64,000 bases of DNA. Origin: Octopus sinensis. Its lineage: Eukaryota. Each line of letters begins with the position of its first letter. Within the stretch, counting starts at the first letter, position 1. The position numbers were made by a program, and so were the translations under genes. Positions 26,511-38,520 of the stretch are shown here, in pieces. The notes below the pieces were generated by a model. The model ran no database searches. It saw only the letters and a list, made by a program, of their open reading frames with translations, and was not told the origin of the DNA. Where the stretch lies: assembly GCF_006345805.1 (NCBI RefSeq), contig NC_043013.1, positions 11,532,001 through 11,596,000 on the forward strand, given 5' to 3'.

Positions 26511-26654
26511 CAATAATAATAATAATAATAAGAAGAAGAATAAGAAGAAGAAGACGTAGAAAAAGAAGAAATAGAAGAATTTCTCACTTTTCTTTCTTCT
26601 TTTTTCCCTTTTATATATTTTTTCTTTCTTTCATTTTTTCTATCACGTAACTTC

Positions 26655-26790
26655 ACTTTGTAAATGAATAAGCGGGTGTGCTTATTTTAATGGCTTACTA
26701 ATGTATACAGTGAGTTTCTTTGCCTTTAGGTGTCGAGAAGACATCCGGCAAGAAAGGAAAACGAAAATGAAATAAATAAGTAAATAGATG
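26655..26790 (+). mobile_element. Dong-type 3' UTR-only fragment
   Basis: GAGTTTCTTTGCCTTTAGGTGTCGAGAAGACATCCGGCAAGAAAGGAAAACGAAAATGAA resembles the 3' UTR at 55578-55635; followed by (TAAA)n(TAA)n. Confidence 0.55.
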
Positions 26791-26800
26791 AATAAATAAA

Positions 26801-26831
<31 letters not shown>

Positions 26832-26893
26832 TAATAATGTTGATACAGATGTTGCTGTTGATGATAATGCGATGAAGATGATGTCGACGATGG

Positions 26894-26926
<33 letters not shown>

Positions 26927-27554
26927 GTCACGGTGTGTTCAGATGTCGAGATACCATCTTACCTTAGTCTCAAGATGGGATCGTTCGATAGTGAAAAAAG
27001 AATCAGATATTTTGTGGGAAGTTCAAATACAACCAAATAAATAAAATGATGATTCAGGCTTTGAAAAATGTTTCACGTTGGGTCGGAGTAAATGATTTAT
27101 AGAATTTAGATAGGTTCTACCCACTTCGTTAAAATTTCAAATAATACCGGAAGCCAACATCGCCTTTCATCTTTCTGAGTGTGAACGAGTGGTGGGTGTT
27201 AAATTGATTAAATTATCTCATACTGCTGAAACGAAAGTTATCTGACGCAGGAAATTTAGTCTTGCGCTTTTTTTTGTGTTCTTTTTACTCCGTTTACTTT
27301 TCTGAATTTATTATAGATGTGAGATATGTTTGTTGTTTTTGTTATTGTAGTGCCAGTGGTAGTTTAACCCCTTTCTATTCCCAATGAAACAGACAGACTT
27401 ATGATTAAAGATATTAAAGTTATAGCTAGCTATCGCGCCCTTATTTTACACGCTGTGGCAAATCTTGGTCAACCTATCTAATGTGACTTTTCTATTTTGA
27501 AACTAAAAAGTGTAAATATCCATAGATTTGGCTGTTATTGTTAGCAGATCGATT

Positions 27555-28215
27555 AAGGCGCTGACTTTGTAAGATCATTAGCACGCTGGTTACAATGCTT
27601 AGCGGCATTTCGTCTGTCTTTAAGTTCTAATTTCAAATCCTGCCGGGGTCAAATTTGCATTTAATCCTTTGAAGGTCGATAAAATAAATGCCAGTTGAAT
27701 AATGGGATCGATCGCATCGACTTAGTTCCTTTGCGAAATCGTTGGTTCTGTGCCAAAATTTTGAAGCCATTATTAGGAGATCGAGAAGGTGGCGGGTTAG
27801 CAGAATGATTAGCACGTTGGATCAAATACTTAGTGTAAGTATTACACGTTTATGCTATGAGTTCAAATTCCGCAAAGGTCGACTTTACGTTTTATCCTTT
27901 CGGAGTCGATTAAATAAGTACTAGCGAAGCACCGGGTTCGATGCAATCGACTGTTCCTCTCTCCGCAAATTAGAACTATTGTGCCTCATCTAGAATGTCA
28001 GCAGCGATTTGACAGAGTCCATAGTACACCGGAAAAAATGTTTAGCTGCATTTATCTGGCATTCAGTTCTTGATTGCATTATCGCCGAGATTGACGTTTC
28101 CATTTATCCTTTCAAGATCAATAAAATATGGTCGAGCTGAGACCTGAGGCCGAAGAAATCGACTAAGCCACCACCACTGCAAGAAAAAATAAAATCTAGG
28201 CCTTGTGCGTAGGGT
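27555..28215 (+). mobile_element. Three head-to-tail old SINE family B copies
   Basis: Diverged heads at about 27555, 27786 and 27995, each followed by the TTT(C/A)ATCCTTT..GGTCGAT-like core and a TTGTGCC-type tail. Confidence 0.7.
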
Positions 28216-28387
28216 GTAAATACTTAGCTGATCAAATCAACATACTGGAGCATCTTTTTGTACTCGTGCGAGAACTGGGGATACAGCGAAAAGTCTGTCC
28301 ATGGTGTGACGAGACATAATATAATGAACGCTGAAGAATTGTTTCGAAGAAACTAGGCAACAAATGAGATATTAATGCATTTATATA

Positions 28388-28760
28388 TCTTTACTCTCTT
28401 TTACACTTTTACTTGTTCCAGTCATTTGACTGTAGCCATTCTAGAGCACCGCCTTTGGTCGAGGAAATCGACCCCATGACTTATTCTCTGTAAACTTAGT
28501 ACTTATTCTATCGGTTTGTTTTGCCGAACAACTAAGTTACGTGGATGTAAACACACCAGCATCGGTTGTCAAGCGATGTTGGGGAGACAAACACAGACAC
28601 ACAAACACACACACATACACATATATATATACATACATATATACAACGGGCCTCTTTCAGTTTCCGTCTACCAAATCCACTCACAAAGCTTTGGTCGGCC
28701 AGAGGCTATAGTTGAAGACACTTACCCAAGGTTCCACGCATTGGGAATGAACCCGGAACA
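28388..28760 (-). mobile_element. SINE family A, near full length
   Basis: Reverse-complement match from tail to B box. Confidence 0.88.
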
Positions 28761-29232
28761 ATATTCATATAAAAAATCAAAAGATAATGGCATGCGTACT
28801 AACCTAAATTTAAAAAAGAAAGTGTATGTGGCGTTACAAACACGTTTTCATTGCATGTTATCAATTTAAAACATATATTTGTTCTAAACATCCAGGTTTG
28901 AGTTCAAACTTTTAGACGGACATTGTTCCATACATTTAGAGTAACATAGTTTTCTTTCATAAGGAAACCTATACATTACTCAGAGGAGTTGAAACATATG
29001 TGGAATGTGTATCATTTGCGCCGCATGGACTCCAGAGAAATATGACCTATATATTACGTATGATACAGAGGACAGACAATGGGTTAAAGTAACTAACACA
29101 GAAATAGTGAAAGGCAGTAATCTGTCAGTAAAGTTTGTCTGCATGCCTGTTATGTTTATTATTGTCTTTCTCTCCCTCTATGACCTCCTCTCTCTCTCTC
29201 TCTCTTTACAAATGTGTATATCTTTATATCTT

Positions 29233-29265
<33 letters not shown>

Positions 29266-29274
29266 TATATATAT

Positions 29275-29556
29275 GGAGGCGTCATGGCCCAATGGTTAGG
29301 GCAGCGGACTTGCGGTTTCGATTACCAGAGCGAGCGTTGTGAGTGTTTATTGAGCGAAAACACCTAAAGACCACGAGGCTCCGGCAGGGGGTGGTGGCGA
29401 TCCCTGCTGTACTCTTTCGCCACAACTTTCTCTCACTCTTTCTTCTGTTGGCCTGCTCGCTTAGCCAACAGGATGGCGTCATTTGAAGGCTAAAACAATG
29501 CGAAGCGCATTGTGATCAGCGATGTGTAGCAACATCTGATAGCCTGGTCGGTCACA

Positions 29557-29561
<5 letters not shown>
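29275..29561 (+). mobile_element. SINE family C (OR-like tRNA head), tail type 1
   Basis: GGAGGCGTCATGGCCCAATGGTTAGGGCAGCGGAC...GTGTTTATTGAGCGAAAACACCTAA...CTTTCTCTCACTCT, then a distinct tail. Confidence 0.85.
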
Positions 29562-29595
<34 letters not shown>

Positions 29596-29935
29596 CTAGC
29601 TAGCTAGCTAGATCGATAGATACAGCGTGCGATGGATAAATTCTCGCCATTTTATACTTTTTCATTTCGCGCGTGCGTTTTGTTTGTTTTTGATTTTGTC
29701 GATTACACAGTATAGTAACATCCGTTGGGCTCCAGCTGTGAGAAAAACAACACCATGACACAATTCACTCCGCCAGATATTTATTTGGCATGATGTACTG
29801 CTTGGTGTTCGTTCGGGAAGCTCCGGTACGAACATTTGAGTGTTTCGGTGTCAATCGTATGGAAAACTATACATTCATCATCATCATATATGTGAATGTA
29901 TGTATAAATATTCACACATATGTATACACCCCCCC

Positions 29936-29983
<48 letters not shown>

Positions 29984-30083
29984 TATATATACATACAAAT
30001 ATGATGAACACTCCCGTCATTAGACAACATATAAGGCTTCAGCAGTTATTTTACCGAACAACCACACAAATGACTTGTTTATA

Positions 30084-30131
<48 letters not shown>

Positions 30132-31372
30132 CACGCACAAACACACATATATAGTGTTGTATGTAACGTGCTTGTATGAATGAATGCATATGGATGTATA
30201 ATATGCATACACAAGTGAGTATGTACGTATTTCTTTGTGGATGTAGGTGTTTTCCTCTATGTATTTGCCTGCGTTCAAATATCGCACACACTCACACACG
30301 GAAAAGTACTCCGGTCCCAACGACATACACACAATATCTAAGTCATCAATATTTTACAGAATAATTTAAATGATTTGATTTTTAAACATGATTCATTAAC
30401 ATGGATAGTTAGGGACTGTTGTGTAAATGTTTGTGTAAGCATAATATTAATGGTATTATTGATGATGATGATGATAACGATTTCTTTCGTAAATAATTAT
30501 AATAATGGTGATTAAGATGCTAAAATCCACACTCATTCATTTATATTTCAATGATAGAGTTTATTTTAATATTTCATGAAATACAACAACAAACCAACAA
30601 TAACAACAATAACAGCACCAACAAAATAATGATATCAATAAGAATAACTCTTTAAAATGTTTAGAAAAATTATAAGAATTCTCAAAACATAGATACCAAA
30701 ATAAATGAATAAAATAACGCATTTGATAATGTAAACTTTACCCCCCTCCCCCTCCCCCTCAAAAAAAATTAATAAATATAACGATTAAAATAAGCATATT
30801 GAAAAACAATATCAACCATTTAAAAATACAAAAAAATTTTCAAAAACTCGCCGAAGAAAAACAACGGAAAATAGAAGAAAAATGAAATCTATTATAAATA
30901 CATTTATTTTTATCAAGAGAATTAAGTTTTAACAACCATTCAAATATTATTTAAATATTATTTCATAATTCTCACTTTTAAAATCAATATGTCAACTGGG
31001 ATCGTATCTTCCAAGCAACTAGATCACAAGTTTTTGTTTTTTTTCTCTTTAGGGCCAAAAATCCACAAATGTAAACGTCAACTAACGACCCGATCTCACT
31101 ACCAAAGGGAATTGCCCCCTTTTCTTTTCTTTTTTTTTTTACATTATTTCTTTTTTTTATTTGTTTTCTTCTCTTTATAGAAGAATACTTTAAGATAAAC
31201 ACATCAAGATGTTTCTTTTCTTAAATCGAAAAAACAAAAACAAAAATAAAACAACAAATGCATTCAAAGCGTTCCTTGTTTTGATTTGTTATCCAATATT
31301 TTATTTATTTATTTATTCTAGTTATCCTCCTCCTCCTCATCATCATTATCATCAGCAGCCGCATCGTCATCG

Positions 31373-31436
<64 letters not shown>

Positions 31437-31699
31437 TTACTGTGTGATTAAGAATCATTAACAATCATTAGGTTTTGAATGAACAAAATGAAATAACATA
31501 AAATAGAATATAAATGAAAATAAATATATCACAGAGACAAAAGTATAATAACATTTAAACGTCTCTATATCTCCTTCGCCGCAATTTTTCCTTGCAATTT
31601 TCACTTTTACGCCAACCATCTCACTTCAAATATACCCTTTGTCTACGACTGTCTCTGTTTTAATTCTCTGTCTGTCATCTCTCTCCGAACACATACAAA

Positions 31700-31824
31700 T
31701 ACAACATACACACACACTCATACACACACATACATATGCATACATTCGTATATACATGCATACATACATACATACATACATACATACATACATACATACA
31801 TACATACGTACATACATACATACG

Positions 31825-31853
<29 letters not shown>
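31700..31853. repeat. (TACA)n microsatellite
   Basis: Visible. Confidence 0.95.
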
Positions 31854-31854
<1 letters not shown>

Positions 31855-31855
<1 letters not shown>

Positions 31856-32709
31856 GAAAAGAATAGCATGCAGTTCAATGCTGAAAAGTTTCAACCTTTA
31901 TGCTATCAGCATGCAAAATTAAATGCAATACCCAATAAATAAACTGGACCTGGAGGGATTGCAATCCCAAAGGCACAGTCAGTGCGAGACCTGGGTATTT
32001 ACATGAGTGATGATGCAACCTTTCATGTGCATGTTGCTGAATTGGCAATGAAATGTAGAACAAGAGACCAGGAAACCATGATGGTCCTCTGGAGGACACT
32101 GGTCCTAACCCACTTTGACTATTGCTCTCAGCTATGGTCACCATCCAGTGTCAAGTTAATCACAGAACTTGAGGAGATCCAACGAAGCTACACGAAGAAG
32201 ATAGCCTCTGCACAGCATATAAGCTATTGGGAAAGACTCAAGAGATTGGGACTCTATTCCTTAGAGCGTAGGCGAGAAAGATATGCCATAATATACATCT
32301 GGAAGATCCTAGAAGGACTTGTCCCAAACTTTGGCATCGAGAGTTATACAAATGCCAGAACAGGGCGCCACTGCCAAGGACTCCAAATTTGCCATCAAGA
32401 TGTAGGACAAGATACTGCGATAGCCTGGGCTTCCGAGGCCCACAGCTCTTCAATATCCTCCCGAAGAACCTAAGAGAACTGCATGGGGTGGATGCAGATG
32501 TCTTTAAAATGAAACTGGATCTCTTCTTGTCAGGTGTCCCAGATGAACCAACTTCACGGCAGGAGGTGCAGATAAGGCCAGCTGCATCGAACTCTCTCAT
32601 GCACCAAATGGCAATTGCTAGAGGACATTCGTGAAGTAAAATCATGTAGCAACACCAAATGGCGGTGCCCCAGTATGGCTTGTGAGCTGAAACTAGATAA
32701 AAAAAAAAT
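31855..32709 (+). mobile_element. CR1-clade LINE, 5'-truncated, with 3' stem-loop and A tail
   Basis: [66 protein letters not shown]; ends AAATGGCGGTGCCCCAGTATGGCTTGTGAGCTGAAACTAGATAAAAAAAAAA. Confidence 0.9.
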
Positions 32710-33069
32710 ATATATATATTCATATATATGTTTATATGCACATGTATGCATATAAACATATATATACATATATATATATATATGTGTGTGTATATATATA
32801 TATATGTATATATATGTATATGTATATGTATATATGTATGCATATATACATATATGTATATACACATATATATATAGATGTATATATATATATATATTAT
32901 ATATGTGTGTGAGAGAGTGTGCTTGTGTGTGTAAGTGTACGTGCAGGTATCTGTGTGTACCAATCTACGACTAGTATTTACAAATTTACCTATATGTGTA
33001 CATGTGTATATGCATACATATGCATATAAACATATATATGTATATATATGTTTATATACACACACAGAC

Positions 33070-33100
<31 letters not shown>

Positions 33101-33129
33101 ACATATATGTGCATATTTAGCAAATACAT

Positions 33130-34290
33130 ATGTATAATATATATATATATACATGCAATCTAGTAGTTCTGCGTGGGTAAGACGTAAAACAATATATGAA
33201 AAAGTGAAAGGGGTACAATGAATTTGCTGTGAGGAGTTGAATATTCAACGTTTCGGATTCAATCCTTCGTCGGGGCAGAGAAAAAGAGAAAAAAGTCAAA
33301 TAGAGTCTACACCCTCCCAGCTTGTAAAACTGGCTGCAACTGATAATGGGTGCAGAATAATACGGACAGCTAAGTAAAACATGTTGTTGCAGAAATGAGA
33401 AGGAAAAGAGTGATGGAGATAATAGAGGTAAGTAAATACGGGAATTTTATAGAGAAAGGGTGGAAAGAGGATTAAAAAGGGTAAAAAAGAATTAGGAGGA
33501 GGTGAAAGGATGAAAGGAAAAACGGTCATTGATACCTTTTGGGGACATAGTGCCAAAATCAAATATGAGTCGTTACTCCTTTCGTTTCCTAGAGAAACAG
33601 GGTCCGTGATGCAAGGACATGCCACACACTGATAAGTCTGCAATGGAATGATCCACAGTGTTGAGGTGGGTGGCGACAGGTAGACAATGCATACGTGGCA
33701 TTATCATTCTGATGTGTTCGCAAAAGCGGTCCCCAAGGCGTCACCTTGTTTCTCCAATATAAAGAGCACTGCAGTTTGCATATAATGCAATATATAAGTT
33801 TCGCCGAAGTGCAAGAGGAGTGGTGTGTTATGTGATATTGCTTCTTGAGCCCCGTGATGTTGGCAATATTGTTGATGTAGGGGCATGTGTTACATCGTCG
33901 GCGCGAATATTTAAAGGCTCCTGGTTGTTTGGAGCTGGGAGCTGTGAAGCTGATAACATAAATTGTTCTAAGACTCCTATCTTTTTAAAAGACAGGAGAG
34001 GCGGTGTGGAAAAGACAGGGGCGGTTTTTGGGTCAGAAAGAAGAATGCAAAAGTTGTGGGCGAGAGATGATGGACAAGTGATAGATAAGAGAGAATGGAA
34101 TACGGTCAGTGGAAGTGCGTGAAGATGGTAGGAGGATGCGTTGCATTTAATGGCTCGGGCTCGGTGGAGTAGCGGGTCGACAACTGATGGAGTATACTCC
34201 CGCTTTAGAAAAAGCTGTTGCACCGTTTTGCAGTGGGATTCGTTGGGTATTCCACTCCTCACGCCATGTTCACTGTAGCCTTTTCACATT
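33130..34290 (-). mobile_element. Penelope-like element: RT thumb, GIY-YIG endonuclease remnant and pseudo-LTR
   Basis: PLTVFH...HNFCILLSDPKTAPVFSTPPLLSFKK; NCSALYIGETR*RLGDRFCEHIR (YIG motif) at about 33710-33780. Confidence 0.85.
33243..33278 (-). ncRNA. Minimal hammerhead-ribozyme-like motif (variant core)
   Basis: Minus strand reads C-CCGACGAA-GGAT-TGA-ATCC-GAAACGTT, giving a 4-bp stem II and palindromic AACGTT, at the PLE 3' end. Stem I is poorly formed. Confidence 0.5.
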
Positions 34291-34338
34291 TTCCTATACA
34301 TATATGCATACATATATCTATGTATGTATGCGTGTGTT

Positions 34339-34409
<71 letters not shown>

Positions 34410-35499
34410 TCGTGTGTGGATGCATGTGTGGATACTAAACGTTTAGCTCACAATTAGAAAATCTAAGATAAATGTAATGTAGATGCCTCCATCTTATAAA
34501 ACCTGCGAAGACTGTGTGAAACAAACGTAAACACTTCTGGTTATTCAAATAGCACACATTTGTTCAATTTCCGATGCATATATTTTATATTCAATAGGGT
34601 AAATATATTATATATGTTATTGATGGTTTTTTTTAAATGTTGATCGTGTATAAAATGTGTATTAAGTAACTAATCATTTCTGAGTCATATGCAAGTTAGT
34701 TTAGTATCTCAGCTATGTCGTCTTTTGTGTCTGATTTAAATAGCGATTGCTATCAATTTAATTTACAGTGCAGAAAACTGAGGTTTGCTTATTTTCTGAC
34801 GATCTGCGATGCGCTGTGAATCATGTCAGGACATTCTCAAGTTTATGAATGTGTGAAGAGAAAAATAATATGTATGTGTGTTTACTTTGTACAATAGATA
34901 CATAGATAAACCACGCTTTGCTTTATAATGTTTCTTCTTTTCTTCATACTACGGGAATGTCATGGTACATACGTGCATATTTCTTTTTACAAATTAAGTT
35001 AAAAGTTAATGTTAGTCCTTGAGTACATTTTATGTAAATTTTGTTTAATATTTAATTAACTTCTGTTGCAAGAAAGAAAGTGTTAGTTACATGAATGGTA
35101 ACATTAGACACGCCTCCATTTCGACCCCTAAAACTGAAGTAAAATTTGAAAACAATAACACATGTTTTTAAGTCTAAATGTTAAAGTGTTAAATGAATAC
35201 AAATGACCACGCAAATCAATCAAATACCTACATTTTAATAATTGAACGAAACAAATAAAATCGATATTTCTAAAACCCAAGCGTCAGTAAATTTTGCTCG
35301 TATTGTTAATCAAAGGGAAATTTCTCGATAGCTTAGCTCACAAAAAGCCAAAATAACAACTGAAACATATGTTACAAGATTGAATGCATTCTTTCTCGAA
35401 GAATTCTTCTAGTAAAAGGCTAAAAGGCAAGTGTCTCCTTACCAGAAGTAGTGACAAGTTTTTGTGGTATGTTATCAGGCTAGTCTTGATAGTCTCTGT

Positions 35500-35754
35500 T
35501 ACTCTTTTACTCTCTTTTATTTGTTTCAGTCATTTGACAGGTGGCCGTGCTGGAGCACCGCCTTTAGTGGAGGAGCAAATCGACCCCAGGACTTATTCTT
35601 TGTAAGCCTAGTATTTATTCTATCGGTTTCTTTTGCCGAACTGCTAAGTTACGGGGGCGTAAACACACCAGCATCGATTGTCAAGCGATGTTGGGGGCGG
35701 GACACAGATACAAAAACACATACATACATAATACATACATGCATATATATATAT

Positions 35755-35815
<61 letters not shown>

Positions 35816-35925
35816 CGTATATATAAATACATATATACGACGGGCTTTTTCAGGTTCCGTCTACCAAATCCACTCACAAGGATTTGGTCGACACGAGGCT
35901 ATAGTAGAAGACACTTGCTCAAGGA
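35500..35925 (-). mobile_element. SINE family A
   Basis: Reverse-complement match with expanded internal (TA)n. Confidence 0.88.
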
Positions 35926-36124
35926 ACCATGCGCCTACTAATATTTCTCTACATTTTGCAATGATGCAGAACAATTAGATGCCAGAGTCTCCTAGCATAT
36001 GGTCACAAAATCAGCCGAATGAGTCGAAATCCCGTTAGATGCATAAAAAAGATATTACTCTCTCTCTCTCTCTCTCTAGGACTCGTAGTATCGATTATTC
36101 GGTCTCCCTGGCCTATATGTGACT

Positions 36125-36302
36125 GAGAGCAGAACATTACCCTTGAACGGAATGCCACTATGTCGCAGGATTACAAGTTTACAGTTGAGTGACAGAAACA
36201 GCTTGAAAGCTCAAGAACTCAATGCACCGCATGGTCTAGGAATCGAAACCATAGTCTAGCAATCACGAGTGCTATACTCTAACCACTAGGCCACGCATCT
36301 TC
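36125..36302 (-). mobile_element. SINE family D-like (OR-type head, different core), diverged
   Basis: CTCAAGAACTCAA...GGAATCGAAACC...CTAACCACTAGGCCACGCATCTTCC resembles 56815-57056. Confidence 0.6.
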
Positions 36303-36519
36303 CTACCCTAAAACTAATAGATAGTTTGAAAGGCGATGAAGATACGGCAAAAACTTGAACGGCATCAGGATGATAGCCAATTTTTGAAAAAGAAAGTAAA
36401 AGTATAGCATCATTCGAAAACAAACTGTCCAACTGAACGTGAGGTGTTTCTTTAATCGTCTAACAAAGAAAATGTGCACGAACACGTTTGGATGTACAAC
36501 AATATATTATGAGAAGTAG

Positions 36520-36824
36520 GGCGGCGAGCTGGCAGAAACGTTAGCACGCCGGCCGAAATCCTTTGTGGTATTTCGTCCGCCGCTGCGTTCTGAGTTCAAA
36601 TTCCGCTGAGGTCGACTTTGCCTTTCATCCTTTCGGCGTCGATAAATTAAGTACCAGTTACGCACAGGGGTGGATGTAATCGACCTAATCCGTTTGTCTG
36701 TGCTTGTTTGTTCTCTCTGTGTGTAGCCCCTTGTGGGTAGTAAAGAAATAGGTATTTCGTCTGCCGTTACGTTCTGAGTTCAAATTCCGCCGAGGTCGAC
36801 TTTGCCTTTAATGCTTTCGGGGTC
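36520..36824 (+). mobile_element. SINE family B monomer plus partial headless second unit
   Basis: Full copy to ...GTAGTAAAGAAATA (36750), then GGTATTTCGTCTGCCGTTACG... to 36824. Confidence 0.9.
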
Positions 36825-37120
36825 ATGTCTCACACGTATATGGGTGGTTTACATTGGTCTTTCTTAGGTTTCATTTGTATCTCGGGTTGGTCATTATGGG
36901 AATGATATGGATTTTATATATGTTTGGAAATTTATTTATTCATTTTTTTTATATATGAATTTTATCCAGTTTTTAAATGTCTTAATATTATATATTGTAT
37001 GACTTGCCTCACATACGTTGCTATATAACTATGAGCTATGGGTATACATAGCCGCACGACTTTTAAACCACAATAGCAGCGTGTATAGAAAAACGAATGA
37101 ACGAATCGAATAAGTCACAC

Positions 37121-37128
37121 TACTACTG

Positions 37129-37182
<54 letters not shown>

Positions 37183-37280
37183 TACTACTACTACTACTAA
37201 TACTACTGTTGCTGCTACTGCTGATTATAATAAAGGATTATTATTGTTGTTATTATCATCACCATCATCATCACCATCAC

Positions 37281-37331
<51 letters not shown>

Positions 37332-37363
37332 CATCATCATCATTATTATCATTATCATTATTA

Positions 37364-37450
<87 letters not shown>

Positions 37451-37465
37451 TATTATTATTATTAA
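37121..37465. repeat. Compound trinucleotide array (TAC)n-(CAT)n-(TAT)n
   Basis: Visible. Confidence 0.95.
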
Positions 37466-38520
37466 TTGAATAAATAATATTACTGCCAGTTACTAGACGC
37501 TGGTAACAAATCTGTCAGAAAAAAAATGGATTTTTACTGCAGTCGTTTGATGGAAATCTTTTTATGGTTAGTTTTGTTAACAAAGAAATTTAGATGGTTT
37601 TAACCATCCATTCCATTAAAACTAGGATAAAGGAAAATTCGTACGTAGACATTTATTATATTTTTGAAACCATAAAAATGTAATTCTCCATTTGTGGTTC
37701 AGTATGATGAACCGTGTGGGGAACAAGAATAAGTGTTTGTCACAAGGTAGTGGCAACACATAAATATTACGAAAATATTGAAAATTTTCGACAAGCTGCC
37801 GGACGAGATAGGGAAGATGCCCGACGACTGCTCGGTTCAAAGAATCTCTTGACCAGAAATGGCCTGAACTCTTTGCATGAACACCCTCCCTGTACATAAC
37901 TCCATGTCCCCCTACATGGCCTTGCTTTTGCTTTTTGAGCCAAAAAAGTAACTTAACTTATATAAGATAGATAAAGAAACATTAAAGTCTTTTTTAAAGG
38001 GCATAGTTTTAAAATCGGACATTTACAATTTGCCAAATTTCATTGAAATTTGACTGAAGAGCAAATTTCAATGAAACTTTGCAACCCGTCCTCATCTTTA
38101 GCTAGCGTTGCATGTCTTGAAGAAGTAATGGATAAGTAAAGAGGATTAAAAAAAGTGGTATGCAAGAAAGTCAGTGCTTTCTGATTTGCCGAATTTAACA
38201 AATGTCATAGGGGAAGGAGAAGAAAATTATTTTAAATGATAATTCAAAATAAGCTGGTTCTACTTTCATGAATAGAGAACTAGGTAAGGTGTGGGAAGAT
38301 GTATGTTGATCGGCCGCAGCAGATTAAGTTTAAGGATGAAGAGGTAAGAGACAAAATCAAATAGTACTCCACGCACATGAACACAGGCGCCATGTGATAT
38401 GAGGATTCGAAACTCAAATGATATGGTCAGTGGCATTTGGGGAAGTCGACCCAACTCTCGTCTCCGATTTTATGACATAATACGAGTAAGTGATGTTTTA
38501 GATGACTGCTTCGAATTAGC

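Noticed and set aside
37622-37920. Protein-like ORFs on both strands (YYENIENFRQAAGRDRED... and GGCSCKEFRPFLVKRFF...)
   Set aside because: No recognisable family and no convincing splice-site pair; cannot choose a strand.
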